From assembly GCA_017354375.1 (NCBI GenBank), contig JAFMRC010000002.1, forward strand, positions 1 to 58,917: a DNA stretch of 58,917 nt, in the 5' to 3' direction. This document shows positions 9,590 through 18,748 of this stretch, in pieces. Position 1 is the first letter of the stretch. The number at the start of each line of letters is the position of its first letter. The stretch is from Nocardiopsaceae bacterium. Its GTDB lineage: Bacteria > Actinomycetota > Actinomycetes > Streptosporangiales > Streptosporangiaceae. A program made the translations under genes and the position numbers. The notes under the pieces are model-generated. The model made no database searches. It saw nothing but the letters and a program-made list of their open reading frames with translations, and had not been told where the DNA came from.

Positions 9590-11521
9590 ATGGGCCAGGG
9601 CCAGTTCGACGGCAGCGATCAACTGCTCAACGATCATTTCCGTCAGCTTACGGCCGAGCTTCGGCGCTACCGGGAGGACGCGCTGGCGGCGCGGCGGGAG
9701 CTGTCCGAAGCATACCGGCGTGTCCAGGAGCTTGAGCGGCCCTCGAGCGTGCGCGTCGAGCAGCTGCTGCGGGCCGCGCGGGACGAGGCCACGGAGTTCG
9801 TCGAGCGGGTGAAGGCGGAGGCGCGCGAGATCGTCGCCACCGCGGAGGCTCGCGCCGCACAGATGCGGAAGGCCGCCGAGGAGGAGGCCGCCGCCGGCCG
9901 GACCCGGCTAGCGGAGGAGGCCGCCGAGGCCCACGCCGCGGCGCAGCGCCACGCGGACGCGCTGCACACCCAGATCATGCAGCAGTCCGGGAACCTGATC
10001 TCCGCGGCCGAGGCCGAGGGGGCCAAGCGCGTGGCCGCGGCCGACGCCGAGGCCGCCAGGCGGCGAACCGCCGCCGAGCGCGAGATCGAGGCGCTGCGCA
10101 CCGACGCCGAACGGGACATCGCCATGAAGCGGACCGCGGCGGAACGGGAACGGGACGAGATCGTGAGCGCGGCGCGGCGGCAGGCGGAGGAGATCCGGCT
10201 CCGGGAGCAGCGGCTGGTGGAGGAGAGCGAGGCGATGCGGACGCGGGTGGAGTCCGAATTCGAGGTCCAGATGGCCGCCCGCCGCGAGGAGGCCGAGCGG
10301 GCCAGCGCCGAGCAGCTCGCCGCCGCCCAGGCCGCCACCCGCAACGTGGTGGCCGAGGCGGAACGGCGGGCCACCACCGCCGAGGAGCGGGCGGTCGCCG
10401 TCACCGCGCGGGCCGAGCAGGTCAGGAAGGATGCCGCCGCGGAGGCGAGCCGCACGATCGGCACGGCGAAGGACGAGGCTAGCCGGATCGTCAACCAGGC
10501 GCGGGAGCGGGCCGAGGAGCTGATCGCCAGTGGCCGCGAGGAAGCGGAGCGCCGCAAGGCCGCGGTGCAGCGCGAGATCGACCACCTGACCGGCCAGCGG
10601 GACGAGGTCGCGAGCCACCTGGACGTGATGCGCCAGGCGCTCGGCGCGCTGGTACCCGACCTCGACACGGCCCTGGCGGACGGCCCCCCTCCCGAGTCCC
10701 TGGCCACATCCTCCTCCCAGCCCCACGAGGCTTCCAGCGCACCCGAGGCTCCCGGGACCGCGCCTCCCGAGGCCCCGCCCGCCGCCGCCGAGGCCGCCGA
10801 GGCTCCCGGTGCATCCGGGGCTCCCGCTGCAACCGGGGCTCCCGCTGCAACCGGGGCTCCCGAGGCCGGGCCGGCCCCCGAGCCCGCCCAGGCTCCCGAG
10901 GCCGCCTCCCCCGATGCCCCGTCGGCTCCCGAGGTAGCGGCGGAGTCCCTCGATGCTCCAGAGCGCTCGGAGGCTCCAGAGAACTCGGAGGCTCCAGAGG
11001 ACTCGGAGGTTCCAGGGGACTCCGGGACCGCGGAGCGCTCCGAGACCGCCCTGGCCTCCGCACCGGAACCCGCGCGAGCCTCCGCGCCGGAACCCGGGGA
11101 GGAACCCGCGCCGGAGCCGGAATCCACGTCCGAGCTGGAACCCGGGCCAGAGCCCGCGCCGGAACCCGAGGCCCAGCCGGAGCCAACCTCACCCCCGGAG
11201 CCGGAGGCCCCGCCGACCCTCGCTGCTCCAACCCCGGCTGGTCCAACACCGGCGGCCGAAGCCGAGCCCCCGGACTGGTTCAGCCCCCGGCCGAAGTCAA
11301 CGACCACCGCGGAGCCGGGGAACGGGACCGGGCCGGGTGGCACTGAGCCGGATGGCACGGGGCCGGATAGCACGGGGCCGGGCGGCAAGGGCGAGGTCAA
11401 ACCGGAGGGCGGGGCGGAGCCGGCGACCGCCGCGCACCCCGAGGACCAGGCGGAACCCGCTGTCCCGCTGCCCAAGAGGAAGCCGGGACGGGCGGCCACA
11501 TCGAGGGCGGCGCGCGACTAG
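9590..11521 (+). CDS. Long coiled-coil protein (FilP/Scy/DivIVA-like) with a Pro/Glu/Ala-rich repetitive tail
   Basis: Ala/Glu/Arg heptad-rich N-terminal ~350 aa (RVEQLLRAARDEA...), then APE/PEP repeats. Confidence 0.7.
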   Translation: MGQGQFDGSDQLLNDHFRQLTAELRRYREDALAARRELSEAYRRVQELERPSSVRVEQLLRAARDEATEFVERVKAEAREIVATAEARAAQMRKAAEEEAAAGRTRLAEEAAEAHAAAQRHADALHTQIMQQSGNLISAAEAEGAKRVAAADAEAARRRTAAEREIEALRTDAERDIAMKRTAAERERDEIVSAARRQAEEIRLREQRLVEESEAMRTRVESEFEVQMAARREEAERASAEQLAAAQAATRNVVAEAERRATTAEERAVAVTARAEQVRKDAAAEASRTIGTAKDEASRIVNQARERAEELIASGREEAERRKAAVQREIDHLTGQRDEVASHLDVMRQALGALVPDLDTALADGPPPESLATSSSQPHEASSAPEAPGTAPPEAPPAAAEAAEAPGASGAPAATGAPAATGAPEAGPAPEPAQAPEAASPDAPSAPEVAAESLDAPERSEAPENSEAPEDSEVPGDSGTAERSETALASAPEPARASAPEPGEEPAPEPESTSELEPGPEPAPEPEAQPEPTSPPEPEAPPTLAAPTPAGPTPAAEAEPPDWFSPRPKSTTTAEPGNGTGPGGTEPDGTGPDSTGPGGKGEVKPEGGAEPATAAHPEDQAEPAVPLPKRKPGRAATSRAARD

Positions 11522-11764
11522 CTGGCCCGCGCGGCCTGCCCCTGGCTGGCCTCCGCGACGGGCTGCCCCTGGCTGACCTCCGCGATTAGCTGGCGAATGG
11601 CGCGGGCGAGTGCCTTGTCGACATCCGGGTCCGGGTCCCCCGCTTCGGTGCTCATGGCCGATCCGCCACTCCTGGTTTTCGTGTGGTTCATCCGATCCCC
11701 CGAGTACGCGACGATGCAGTGAGTCTAAGTTACACCGGTGCAGTTTAATATCGCTCGCGCGACA

Positions 11765-12112
11765 TCAGCTATCGTCGGTGGAGTCCTGGATGTCGACGCC
11801 GGCGACCGACGGGTATTTCTGCAGGCACTCCTGCAACCGGGCGACGTCCGCCGCGCTGGCGTTATCGATCTGGAACACGACGTTGCCGAGCGCGGCGGAC
11901 AGCGGGACGCCCTTGGCGATTGGCGCCGGGTGGACCTCGGGCAGCTTGCCGCACGCGGCCCTGACCTGCAGCCGGACCGCGTTCGAGGCTCCCGGGGCGA
12001 ACGAGACGAGTGCCTGCTGCCGCCCCAGCGACTTGTCTATCTGCGAGCATCCCGTCACCCCCAGCACGCACAGGGCCGAGGCTGCTATCACGACAGACGG
12101 TAGTACTCGCAT
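11765..12112 (-). CDS. Small putative lipoprotein
   Basis: Signal peptide MRVLPSVVIAASALCVLGVTG-C. Confidence 0.65.
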   Translation of the reverse strand: MRVLPSVVIAASALCVLGVTGCSQIDKSLGRQQALVSFAPGASNAVRLQVRAACGKLPEVHPAPIAKGVPLSAALGNVVFQIDNASAADVARLQECLQKYPSVAGVDIQDSTDDS

Positions 12113-12183
12113 GGATCTCAGGGTACGCGGTCCGCGCACCGAGTACCGTATCGGGGAGACCCACGAAGGACCAACATCTACAA

Positions 12184-13080
12184 ATGCCGCAGCGCCACAT
12201 ACTCATCGTCAACGCCCGCAAGGTGACCCGGCCCGTCTTCGTGATCGGAGCCCCGCACTCCGGTGCGGAAGCCGTCGGCCGGGCGCTGAAGATCTCGCCG
12301 GGGTTCCACGTCACCGTCGGGCAGCGTGCCGTGCTGCAGGCCGTCTACGCGTTCGCGCGCAAGCCGTCCATGTACATCGGCCGGGGGGAGGCCGCCGCCG
12401 CGGTCATCCGGGATGCCTTCGCCCAGGGGTGGCAGATCAACTCCTCCAGCTGCCTGGAGTGCACTCCGCAGTGCCGCGCCGCCGCCGGCCTGCGCGACTC
12501 CGAGGTCGGCCCCTGCACCGAGGACCGCGGGCTGGCCCGGTTCGGCGACGCCAGCCCCGACCTCGCCTACTGCGCCGAGGCCGTGATCACCGCGTTCCCC
12601 GACGCGCAGATCGTGCAGGTCGTCAGGGACGGCCGGGACACCGTGGCCGCCATGATCGATGACCCCCTCGCCATGTACTGGTTCCGGCCCGGCGTGTCCA
12701 ACGCCGACGACGAGTTCCCCAACCCCTTCTACGGGGTCGAGGACGAGGCCGACCGGTTCACCTGGCACGGCATGTCCATCGCCGCCAAGTGCGCGCTGCG
12801 CTGGCGCGGCGCGATCAGGCTCGCCGCCCGGCTGCGGCTGCAGCTCAACGACGACCAGCTGCGGACGCTGCGGTACGAGGACATGATCAGCGACCCGCGC
12901 GGCGCCGCCGCCATGCTGTCGGAGTTCACCGGCGCCACGATCGCCGCCCCGGTCTCCGCCAACCGCCGCAAGCTGAAGAACGAGACCGGCTTCTGGCGGC
13001 GCACGCTATCGCTGTCCGACGTCAGCGACATCGAGAAGGTCGCCGGGGAAGAACTCCGCCGCCTCGGCTACGTCCCGTAA
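12184..13080 (+). CDS. Sulfotransferase-family protein (Sulfotransfer_3-like)
   Basis: VFVIGAPHSG, AFPDAQIVQVVRDGRDTVAAM, LRYEDMISDP. Confidence 0.8.
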   Translation: MPQRHILIVNARKVTRPVFVIGAPHSGAEAVGRALKISPGFHVTVGQRAVLQAVYAFARKPSMYIGRGEAAAAVIRDAFAQGWQINSSSCLECTPQCRAAAGLRDSEVGPCTEDRGLARFGDASPDLAYCAEAVITAFPDAQIVQVVRDGRDTVAAMIDDPLAMYWFRPGVSNADDEFPNPFYGVEDEADRFTWHGMSIAAKCALRWRGAIRLAARLRLQLNDDQLRTLRYEDMISDPRGAAAMLSEFTGATIAAPVSANRRKLKNETGFWRRTLSLSDVSDIEKVAGEELRRLGYVP

Positions 13081-13087
13081 GGCGCGG

Positions 13088-15085
13088 TCAGGCGGGACGG
13101 TGGGAGGCGCCACGATCCGTTCGGCATAAGGGTTGGGGTTGGTCGTGCCGGTCCTGGCCCGCGGGTCGTTCCTGGCGCTCCTGTCGTTCCTGGCCCGCGA
13201 ACTGCGTGCGGTACAGCTCGGCGTACAGGCCGTCCGCGGCGAGCAGGTCGGCGTGGCCGCCGGATTCGACGATGCGCCCGCCATCGACGACCAGGATCTG
13301 GCTGGCCTCGCGGACGGTGGACAGCCGGTGCGCGATCACCAGCGAGGTGCGGCCGTCCAGCGCGACCTTGAGCGCCTGCTGGACGAGCGCCTCGGACTCC
13401 GAGTCCAGGTGGGCGGTGGCCTCGTCGAGCACGACGACCTCCGGCGCCTTCAGCAGCAGCCGGGCGATCGCGACCCGCTGTTTCTCGCCGCCGGACAGCC
13501 GGTAGCCGCGGTCGCCGACGATGGTGTCCAGGCCGTCGGGCAGCGCCTTGATCAGGTCCCAGATCTGCGCCGCCTGGCACGCGGCGATCAGCTCCGCCTC
13601 TCCCGCCGACGGGCGGGCGTAGGCCAGGTTGGCGCGGACGGTGTCGTGGAACATGTGCGCGTCCTGGGTGACGACGCCGACCACGTCGCGCAGCGACTCC
13701 AGCGTGACGTCGCGGAGGTCGTGGCCGCCGATGCTGACCGCGCCGTCGTTCGGGTCGTACATCCGCGACACCAGGTGGGTGATGGTCGTCTTCCCCGCGC
13801 CGGACGGCCCGACCAGGGCGGTCAGCTGCCCGGAAGGGGCGGTGAACGAGACGTCGTGCAGGACTCCGGCCGCGGCGCCGGCCCGCTCGGGAACCTTCAG
13901 GGCGATGGACTCCAGGGAGGCGAGGGATACCTCCGCGGCGGTCGGGTACCGGAACGAGACGTGGTCGAAGCGGATCTCCGGGGCGGCATCCGCCCGCTTG
14001 TTGCTGTTATCACCGAGGCGGGGCAGCGGCACCGCGTCCGGCTTCTCCTTGATCAGCGGCTCCAGGTCGAGCACCTCGAAGACCCGGTCGAAGCTGACCA
14101 GCGCGGTCATCACCTGGACCTGGACGTTGGAAAGCTGGGCGATCGGGGCGTACACGCGGGTGAGGAGCTGGGCGAGGGCGACCAGCGAGCCGATCTGGAA
14201 CACGCCGTCGATGACCATGCTGCCGCCGACTCCGTACACGACGGCGGTTATCAGCGCGGTGAGCAGCGTGACCGCGACGAAGACCACCTGCCCGTACATC
14301 GCGGTCACCACGCCGATGTCGCGCACCTTCCCGGATTTCACCCGGAACAGGTCGGCTTCCTCCCGCGAACGGCCGAACAGCTTCACCAGCATCGCGCCGG
14401 CCACGTTGAACCGCTCGTTCATCATCGAGCCCATTTCGGCGTTGAGCTGCATGCCCTCCCTGGTCAGCCGCTGCAGGCGGCGGCTGACCAGGCGGGCCGG
14501 GATGATGAACAGCGGGATGAGCACCAGCGCGATGACGGTGACCAGCCACGACAGGTAGAACAGCGTCGCCAGGATCACGCCGAGCGACAACACGTTGCCG
14601 ACCACGCTGGACAGGGTGCCGACGATGGCCTGCTGGGCGCCCATCACGTCGGCGTCCAGCCGGGACACCAGCGAACCGGTCTGCGCCCTGGTGAAGAACG
14701 CGAGCGGCTGCCGCTGCACGTGACCGAACACCTGATTGCGCAGGTCGTAGATCAGTCCCTCGCCGATCCGCGCGGAGAACCAGCGGTTGACGAAGCCGAG
14801 CACCGCGTCGAGCAGCGCCACTCCCGCGACGATCGAGGCGACCACGATGACCACGGTGACGTCGCGCGGGAGGATGCCACGGTCGATGATCTCCCGCAGC
14901 AGCAACGGGTTCACGACCGTGATGGCCGAGTCCAGCGACGTGCCCAGCAGGAACGCGGCGAGGGGGACGCGGTAGGGCCTCGCGTAGCCGACGATGCGGC
15001 GGATGGTCCCCGGCTTGAGCTTCTGCTTGGTGACGGACGGATCCATGCGGAAACCGCGCATCATCATAAAACCCGGAGCATGCAC
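13088..15085 (-). CDS. ABC exporter with fused permease and ATPase (MsbA/MdlB-like)
   Basis: TM domain, then GPSGAGKTT, LSGGEKQR, LDEATAHLD, IAHRLST. Confidence 0.93.
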   Translation of the reverse strand: MHAPGFMMMRGFRMDPSVTKQKLKPGTIRRIVGYARPYRVPLAAFLLGTSLDSAITVVNPLLLREIIDRGILPRDVTVVIVVASIVAGVALLDAVLGFVNRWFSARIGEGLIYDLRNQVFGHVQRQPLAFFTRAQTGSLVSRLDADVMGAQQAIVGTLSSVVGNVLSLGVILATLFYLSWLVTVIALVLIPLFIIPARLVSRRLQRLTREGMQLNAEMGSMMNERFNVAGAMLVKLFGRSREEADLFRVKSGKVRDIGVVTAMYGQVVFVAVTLLTALITAVVYGVGGSMVIDGVFQIGSLVALAQLLTRVYAPIAQLSNVQVQVMTALVSFDRVFEVLDLEPLIKEKPDAVPLPRLGDNSNKRADAAPEIRFDHVSFRYPTAAEVSLASLESIALKVPERAGAAAGVLHDVSFTAPSGQLTALVGPSGAGKTTITHLVSRMYDPNDGAVSIGGHDLRDVTLESLRDVVGVVTQDAHMFHDTVRANLAYARPSAGEAELIAACQAAQIWDLIKALPDGLDTIVGDRGYRLSGGEKQRVAIARLLLKAPEVVVLDEATAHLDSESEALVQQALKVALDGRTSLVIAHRLSTVREASQILVVDGGRIVESGGHADLLAADGLYAELYRTQFAGQERQERQERPAGQDRHDQPQPLCRTDRGASHRPA
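13101..13140 (-). repeat. Repeat family B copy, inside the extended 3' end of the ABC exporter
   Basis: GGGAGGCGCCACGATCCGTTCGGCATAAGGGTT. Confidence 0.7.
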
Positions 15086-15200
15086 GAAACCTTAAGCTAC
15101 CCGCACCCGGCGGGCGCCTTCATCCGCCGGTCGCCCCGGCGGGCCCGAGACCATCGGCCTAGGGCCCGCCGCGGCATCTGTCAGGTCAGTCCGATTCGGG

Positions 15201-15428
15201 TCAGTCGCACTCCCAGCCGACCGTCGCGCCGCCCGACGTGGAACAGTAGGAGCCGGACTGGTAGCAGTCGGCCGCGCCCCCGAGGACCCCGCCGGTGCAG
15301 GTTGCCCTCGCGAGCGCCTCACTGTCGCCCGTCCATACCGACGTCTGGGACTGCGGGTCATACCTGAACTCGACTGGAATGGTCTCCACCGGCTGGGCTA
15401 CGCGAAACGCGAACAGCTTGCTCTCCAT
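15201..15428 (-). CDS. RiPP (graspetide-type) precursor peptide, 75 aa, with a 4-Cys core
   Basis: RBS AAGGGA before the ATG; leader KLFAFRVAQP...YDPQSQ; Thr/Ser/Gly-rich core ending WECD; divergent from an ATP-grasp ligase. Confidence 0.85.
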   Translation of the reverse strand: MESKLFAFRVAQPVETIPVEFRYDPQSQTSVWTGDSEALARATCTGGVLGGAADCYQSGSYCSTSGGATVGWECD

Positions 15429-15492
15429 GAGCGATCCCTTCTGTTTGGGGGATTCACGGGCTATTGTCCGTTTTGTTGCTTATACTACGATT

Positions 15493-15544
15493 TTGAACAA
15501 TTGCCCGTCTTGAGCTATAGTACTTTAGCGCCAAAAGCCGTCAA
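15493..15544. promoter_or_regulatory. Overlapping divergent sigma70-type promoters for the RiPP operon and the precursor
   Basis: + strand TTGAAC(15493)-17-TATAGT(15516); - strand TTGACG(15544)-16-TACTAT(15522). Confidence 0.6.
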
Positions 15545-15603
15545 GAGTGGTCAAGTGCGAACTTGAACGAAAGTAGCATCAAGTGCGACTTGGTGGGACA
15601 AAT

Positions 15604-16629
15604 GTGACATCAGCCGACCAGATTGTCATCGTGACGCAGACGAAGGACGCGCACGCGGACGACGTGATCCTCGCGCTGGAAAGAACCGGGCATGAGGCGG
15701 TACGCATCAACAGCGACGAGATTCCCGCGGACGGGCGGATCTCCATGAGCTGGGGCGGCGATCACGCGCCCTTTGACGCCAGCATCGACGTGCTGACCAG
15801 CGGGCGGATGATGAATGCCGCGAGGGTTCGCTCCATCTGGTGGCGCAGGCCAGCCGGGTACGCGTTCCCGCAGGACCTCTCCCCTCAGGAGCGTGAGTTC
15901 GCGACGGACGAGACCGATCATGCCCTCATGAGCCTGTGGGCGTCCATTGACTGCTACTGGATCAGCGAGCCCGAGCGCATACGCCAGGCGTCATGGAAGG
16001 GCGAGCAGCTCTTGCGGGCTGGCCGGTTCGGGTTCGACGTGCCGCGGACGCTCGTCACTACCGATCCCGACAGCGCCCGGCGGTTCTTTTACGACTGCGG
16101 CAAGCGGATGGTGTTCAAGGCGATGTCCGGTCCGTTCCTCGGCGCGGAGACCATGTCGCGACGGCACCCCGGGGAAGATGCCGTTCCATACCAGTCCCGG
16201 ACCACCCTCGTCACCGAGGGCAATCTCGGCATGCTTGATTCGGTCCGTGCCGTGCCATGCCTGTTCCAGGAACACGTGCCCAAGAAAGTCGAACTGCGCA
16301 TCACGGTGATCGGCGAGAAGATCTTCGCGGCCGAGATTCACTCGCAGCAAAACGAGCGCACCGCCCTCGACTGGCGTAGCCACAGCGTGGACATCCCCTA
16401 CCGCGTGGCCGAGCTACCGGGCCCGGTCTCGGAAAAATGCCTGGCCCTGGTCAAGAGCTACGGCCTCAACTTCAGCGCGATCGACATGATCGTCACTCCA
16501 GATGACCGCTATGTATTCGTCGAGAACAACCCGAACGGCCAATTCATTTTCGTGGAGAACAAGCTTCCCGAGCTTGCCATGACCGATGAGCTCGCCGCCT
16601 GCCTCGCCCGGGGGTCCAATGCCGCATAA
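15604..16629 (+). CDS. ATP-grasp RiPP maturase (MvdC/MvdD, graspetide synthetase family)
   Basis: SIWWRRP, KGEQLLRAGRFGFDVPRTLVT, VFKAM, FQEHVPKKVELRITVIG, DWR, FSAIDMIV...FVENNPNGQF; start at 15583 or 15604. Confidence 0.92.
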   Translation: MTSADQIVIVTQTKDAHADDVILALERTGHEAVRINSDEIPADGRISMSWGGDHAPFDASIDVLTSGRMMNAARVRSIWWRRPAGYAFPQDLSPQEREFATDETDHALMSLWASIDCYWISEPERIRQASWKGEQLLRAGRFGFDVPRTLVTTDPDSARRFFYDCGKRMVFKAMSGPFLGAETMSRRHPGEDAVPYQSRTTLVTEGNLGMLDSVRAVPCLFQEHVPKKVELRITVIGEKIFAAEIHSQQNERTALDWRSHSVDIPYRVAELPGPVSEKCLALVKSYGLNFSAIDMIVTPDDRYVFVENNPNGQFIFVENKLPELAMTDELAACLARGSNAA

Positions 16630-17578
16630 CCCGGAGCCGTCGGGCATCCAGGCACTTGCCGCGGCCCTGCAGGAGGCCCGGGGGCGGCGGGTGGTCTTCG
16701 TGCACTCACCCCTGACCGCGGACCTGGTTCCCATCCTCTATGCGTGCCTGCGGCGGGCGGGGCACGTCGACGACCTCGACCTGGTGCTGTCGACCAGCGG
16801 GGGAACCATCACCGGCACCCGGCAGATCGCCATGCTCCTGCGTGAGTTCACCCGGCGGCTGACCATCGGCGTTCCTGGCCGGGCCCGGTCATCGGGAACC
16901 CTCCTGTGCCTGAGCGCTGACGAGCTCGTGCTCGGGCCCCTCGCCGAGCTGGGGCCGATCGACCCCACCATGGAATCGCAGGGCGCGATCCCGTCCGACG
17001 CGCCAGGGAACATCTCGGCCGAGGATATCCGGGCATTCCGCGGCCTGGCCGGGGACTGGTTCGGCGTGACGCGCGAGGAAGATCAGCTGCAGGTACTTGC
17101 CCTGCTCGCCACGCGGATCTTCCCGACCTCGCTGGCGTCGTTGTACCGCTTCGACAAGCTCGTTCGCGGGGTCGCGGCGGAACTGCTCGAATGGCAACTA
17201 CCCGGGGATGAGCGCGAGAAGGAGCGGGAAAGCATCATCGACCGGCTGGTCAGCGGCTATCACACGCACGATGACGTGATCTGCCGCCGCGACGCGCGGG
17301 AGCTTGGCCTGCGGGCGGTTGACGCGACCCCGGAAGAGGAGGAAATCTTCTGGTCGCTATCGCAGGCGCTGCGGCCCGTTACCGCGCCGGCGGTGCGATC
17401 TGTTGGTGGCGCCGGCGAAGGGCAACTCGCGGAGGGCGTGACCGCGGTCGTCGCGACCAGTGATTTCTGCGCACGCCACGTTGTCAGCCGCGAAGATCCC
17501 GCAGTGGCGGGGAACGTGCCGGGCGCGCCCGGCCGGCCGGCACCGGCCATGCGCGTGCGGTGGGAGATCGCCGATTAA
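16619..17578 (+). CDS. ClpP-class serine protease (SDH_sah / S49-like)
   Basis: DLDLVLSTSGG, VPGRARSSGTLLCLSADELVLGPLAELGPIDP, YHTHDDVICRRDARELGL; start overlaps the ligase stop. Confidence 0.85.
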   Translation: MPHNPEPSGIQALAAALQEARGRRVVFVHSPLTADLVPILYACLRRAGHVDDLDLVLSTSGGTITGTRQIAMLLREFTRRLTIGVPGRARSSGTLLCLSADELVLGPLAELGPIDPTMESQGAIPSDAPGNISAEDIRAFRGLAGDWFGVTREEDQLQVLALLATRIFPTSLASLYRFDKLVRGVAAELLEWQLPGDEREKERESIIDRLVSGYHTHDDVICRRDARELGLRAVDATPEEEEIFWSLSQALRPVTAPAVRSVGGAGEGQLAEGVTAVVATSDFCARHVVSREDPAVAGNVPGAPGRPAPAMRVRWEIAD

Positions 17579-17591
17579 CGGAGGAAGCTGC

Positions 17592-18127
17592 ATGGAAGGC
17601 GCGTGGGTACTCGCGTTCTGCCGGTGGGCCATCGGCCTCGCCTTTGGCGTTTCGGCGGTTGGGAAGGCGACTGCCATGGCGTCCTTTCGCGCTGCCCTTG
17701 CCGACTTCGATGTGCTGCCGCCGCGGCCATCACCACCGTCGGGGCCGAAGCGCTGGTCGTCGCCCTGGCCGGGGCCGGTCGGTGGCCCTCGCTAGCCGGG
17801 TTGTGCCTGGGCCTGGCCCTGCTGGCCGTGTTCTCGGCGACGCTGATCACCGCCCTGCGCAGGAGGGAGGCAGTGAGCTGCAACTGCTTCGGGCCCGGTA
17901 CCCGGCCGGTGAGCCGGTATGACCTGGTCAGGAACGCGGTGCTCGGCATGTGCTGCGTGGCCGGCCTGCTGGAGGGCGGATGGCTAGGATACGGGGGGTC
18001 TCCGGCCGGGCATCCGTCCCCGGCGGTGATCGTCCTGCTCGGGTTCGTGGCCGCCGTTTTCGTGACCATCGCGGTCAACCTCGAGGACATCGTCGAGGTA
18101 CTGCGGAAGCCTTACGTGTTCGAGTAG
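17592..18127 (+). pseudogene. MauE/DoxX-family redox membrane protein, frameshifted near 17720
   Basis: First frame MEGAWVLAFCRWAIGLAFGVSAVGK...DFDVLP; second frame ...ALRRREAVSCNCFG...DLVRNAVL (MauE CxCFG motif). Confidence 0.82.
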
Positions 18128-18141
18128 GAGTTGCGCTGGTC

Positions 18142-18747
18142 ATGAGCCCTGTCTGGGAAGCCGCCGCCCTGGCCGGCTGGGCGGCACTGCTGCTGAACCT
18201 GGCCCTGACCCTCCGCCTGGTGCGGTGGTTTCGCTCCTACCAGCAGGCCCTGCGGATGAACGCGCTGCGGGCCGAGCTACCGGAGCTGACAGTGGGCGAG
18301 CCTGCCCCGCCGTTCCGGGCGCGGGATCTGTCCGGCGCTCCGGTCAGGTCGGATGACCTGCTCAGCGGCAGGACAGCGCTGGTCTTCGTCTCCCCGCACT
18401 GCGGCACATGCCGCCGGGACATGCCCAGCCTGATGACCCTGGCGGCCCGCGCCGAACGGACCGACGGGACCCGGATGGTACTGGTGAGCGACAGCGGCCT
18501 CGGTGAGACGCGGTCCTGGGTATCGGAGATCCGCGACCAGGACAAGGTCGACCTGGCCGTCCCGGTGCTGCTGGCCTCCGGGGAAACCTCGGGCTTCCTC
18601 ACCCGCTACAACCCGCGCAGGCTCACCCCGTACTTCTGCCATATCGATGACGCGGGTAACGTGACCGCCCGCGGCCCGCTCCATTCGCCGGCCTGGACTC
18701 CGCTCGTCAGAAGGTGGAACGCTGCCGCTCACTCGGCCCAGTACTAA
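18142..18747 (+). CDS. Membrane-anchored thioredoxin-fold protein (MauD/TlpA-like)
   Basis: N-terminal TM helix, GEPAPPFRARDLSG, LVFVSPHCGTC (CxxC), TPYF cis-Pro loop; RBS AGGAG. Confidence 0.85.
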   Translation: MSPVWEAAALAGWAALLLNLALTLRLVRWFRSYQQALRMNALRAELPELTVGEPAPPFRARDLSGAPVRSDDLLSGRTALVFVSPHCGTCRRDMPSLMTLAARAERTDGTRMVLVSDSGLGETRSWVSEIRDQDKVDLAVPVLLASGETSGFLTRYNPRRLTPYFCHIDDAGNVTARGPLHSPAWTPLVRRWNAAAHSAQY

Positions 18748-18748
18748 T

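Noticed and set aside
11536-11585. 23-bp direct repeat pair (also the 5760-5797 and 54944-54979 pairs) as CRISPR
   Set aside because: Only two units, spacers 0-4 bp, no cas genes.
13088-15085. ABC exporter as a dedicated member of the RiPP cluster
   Set aside because: No peptidase domain, and it resembles a resident gene of this locus; membership is unsupported without synteny data.
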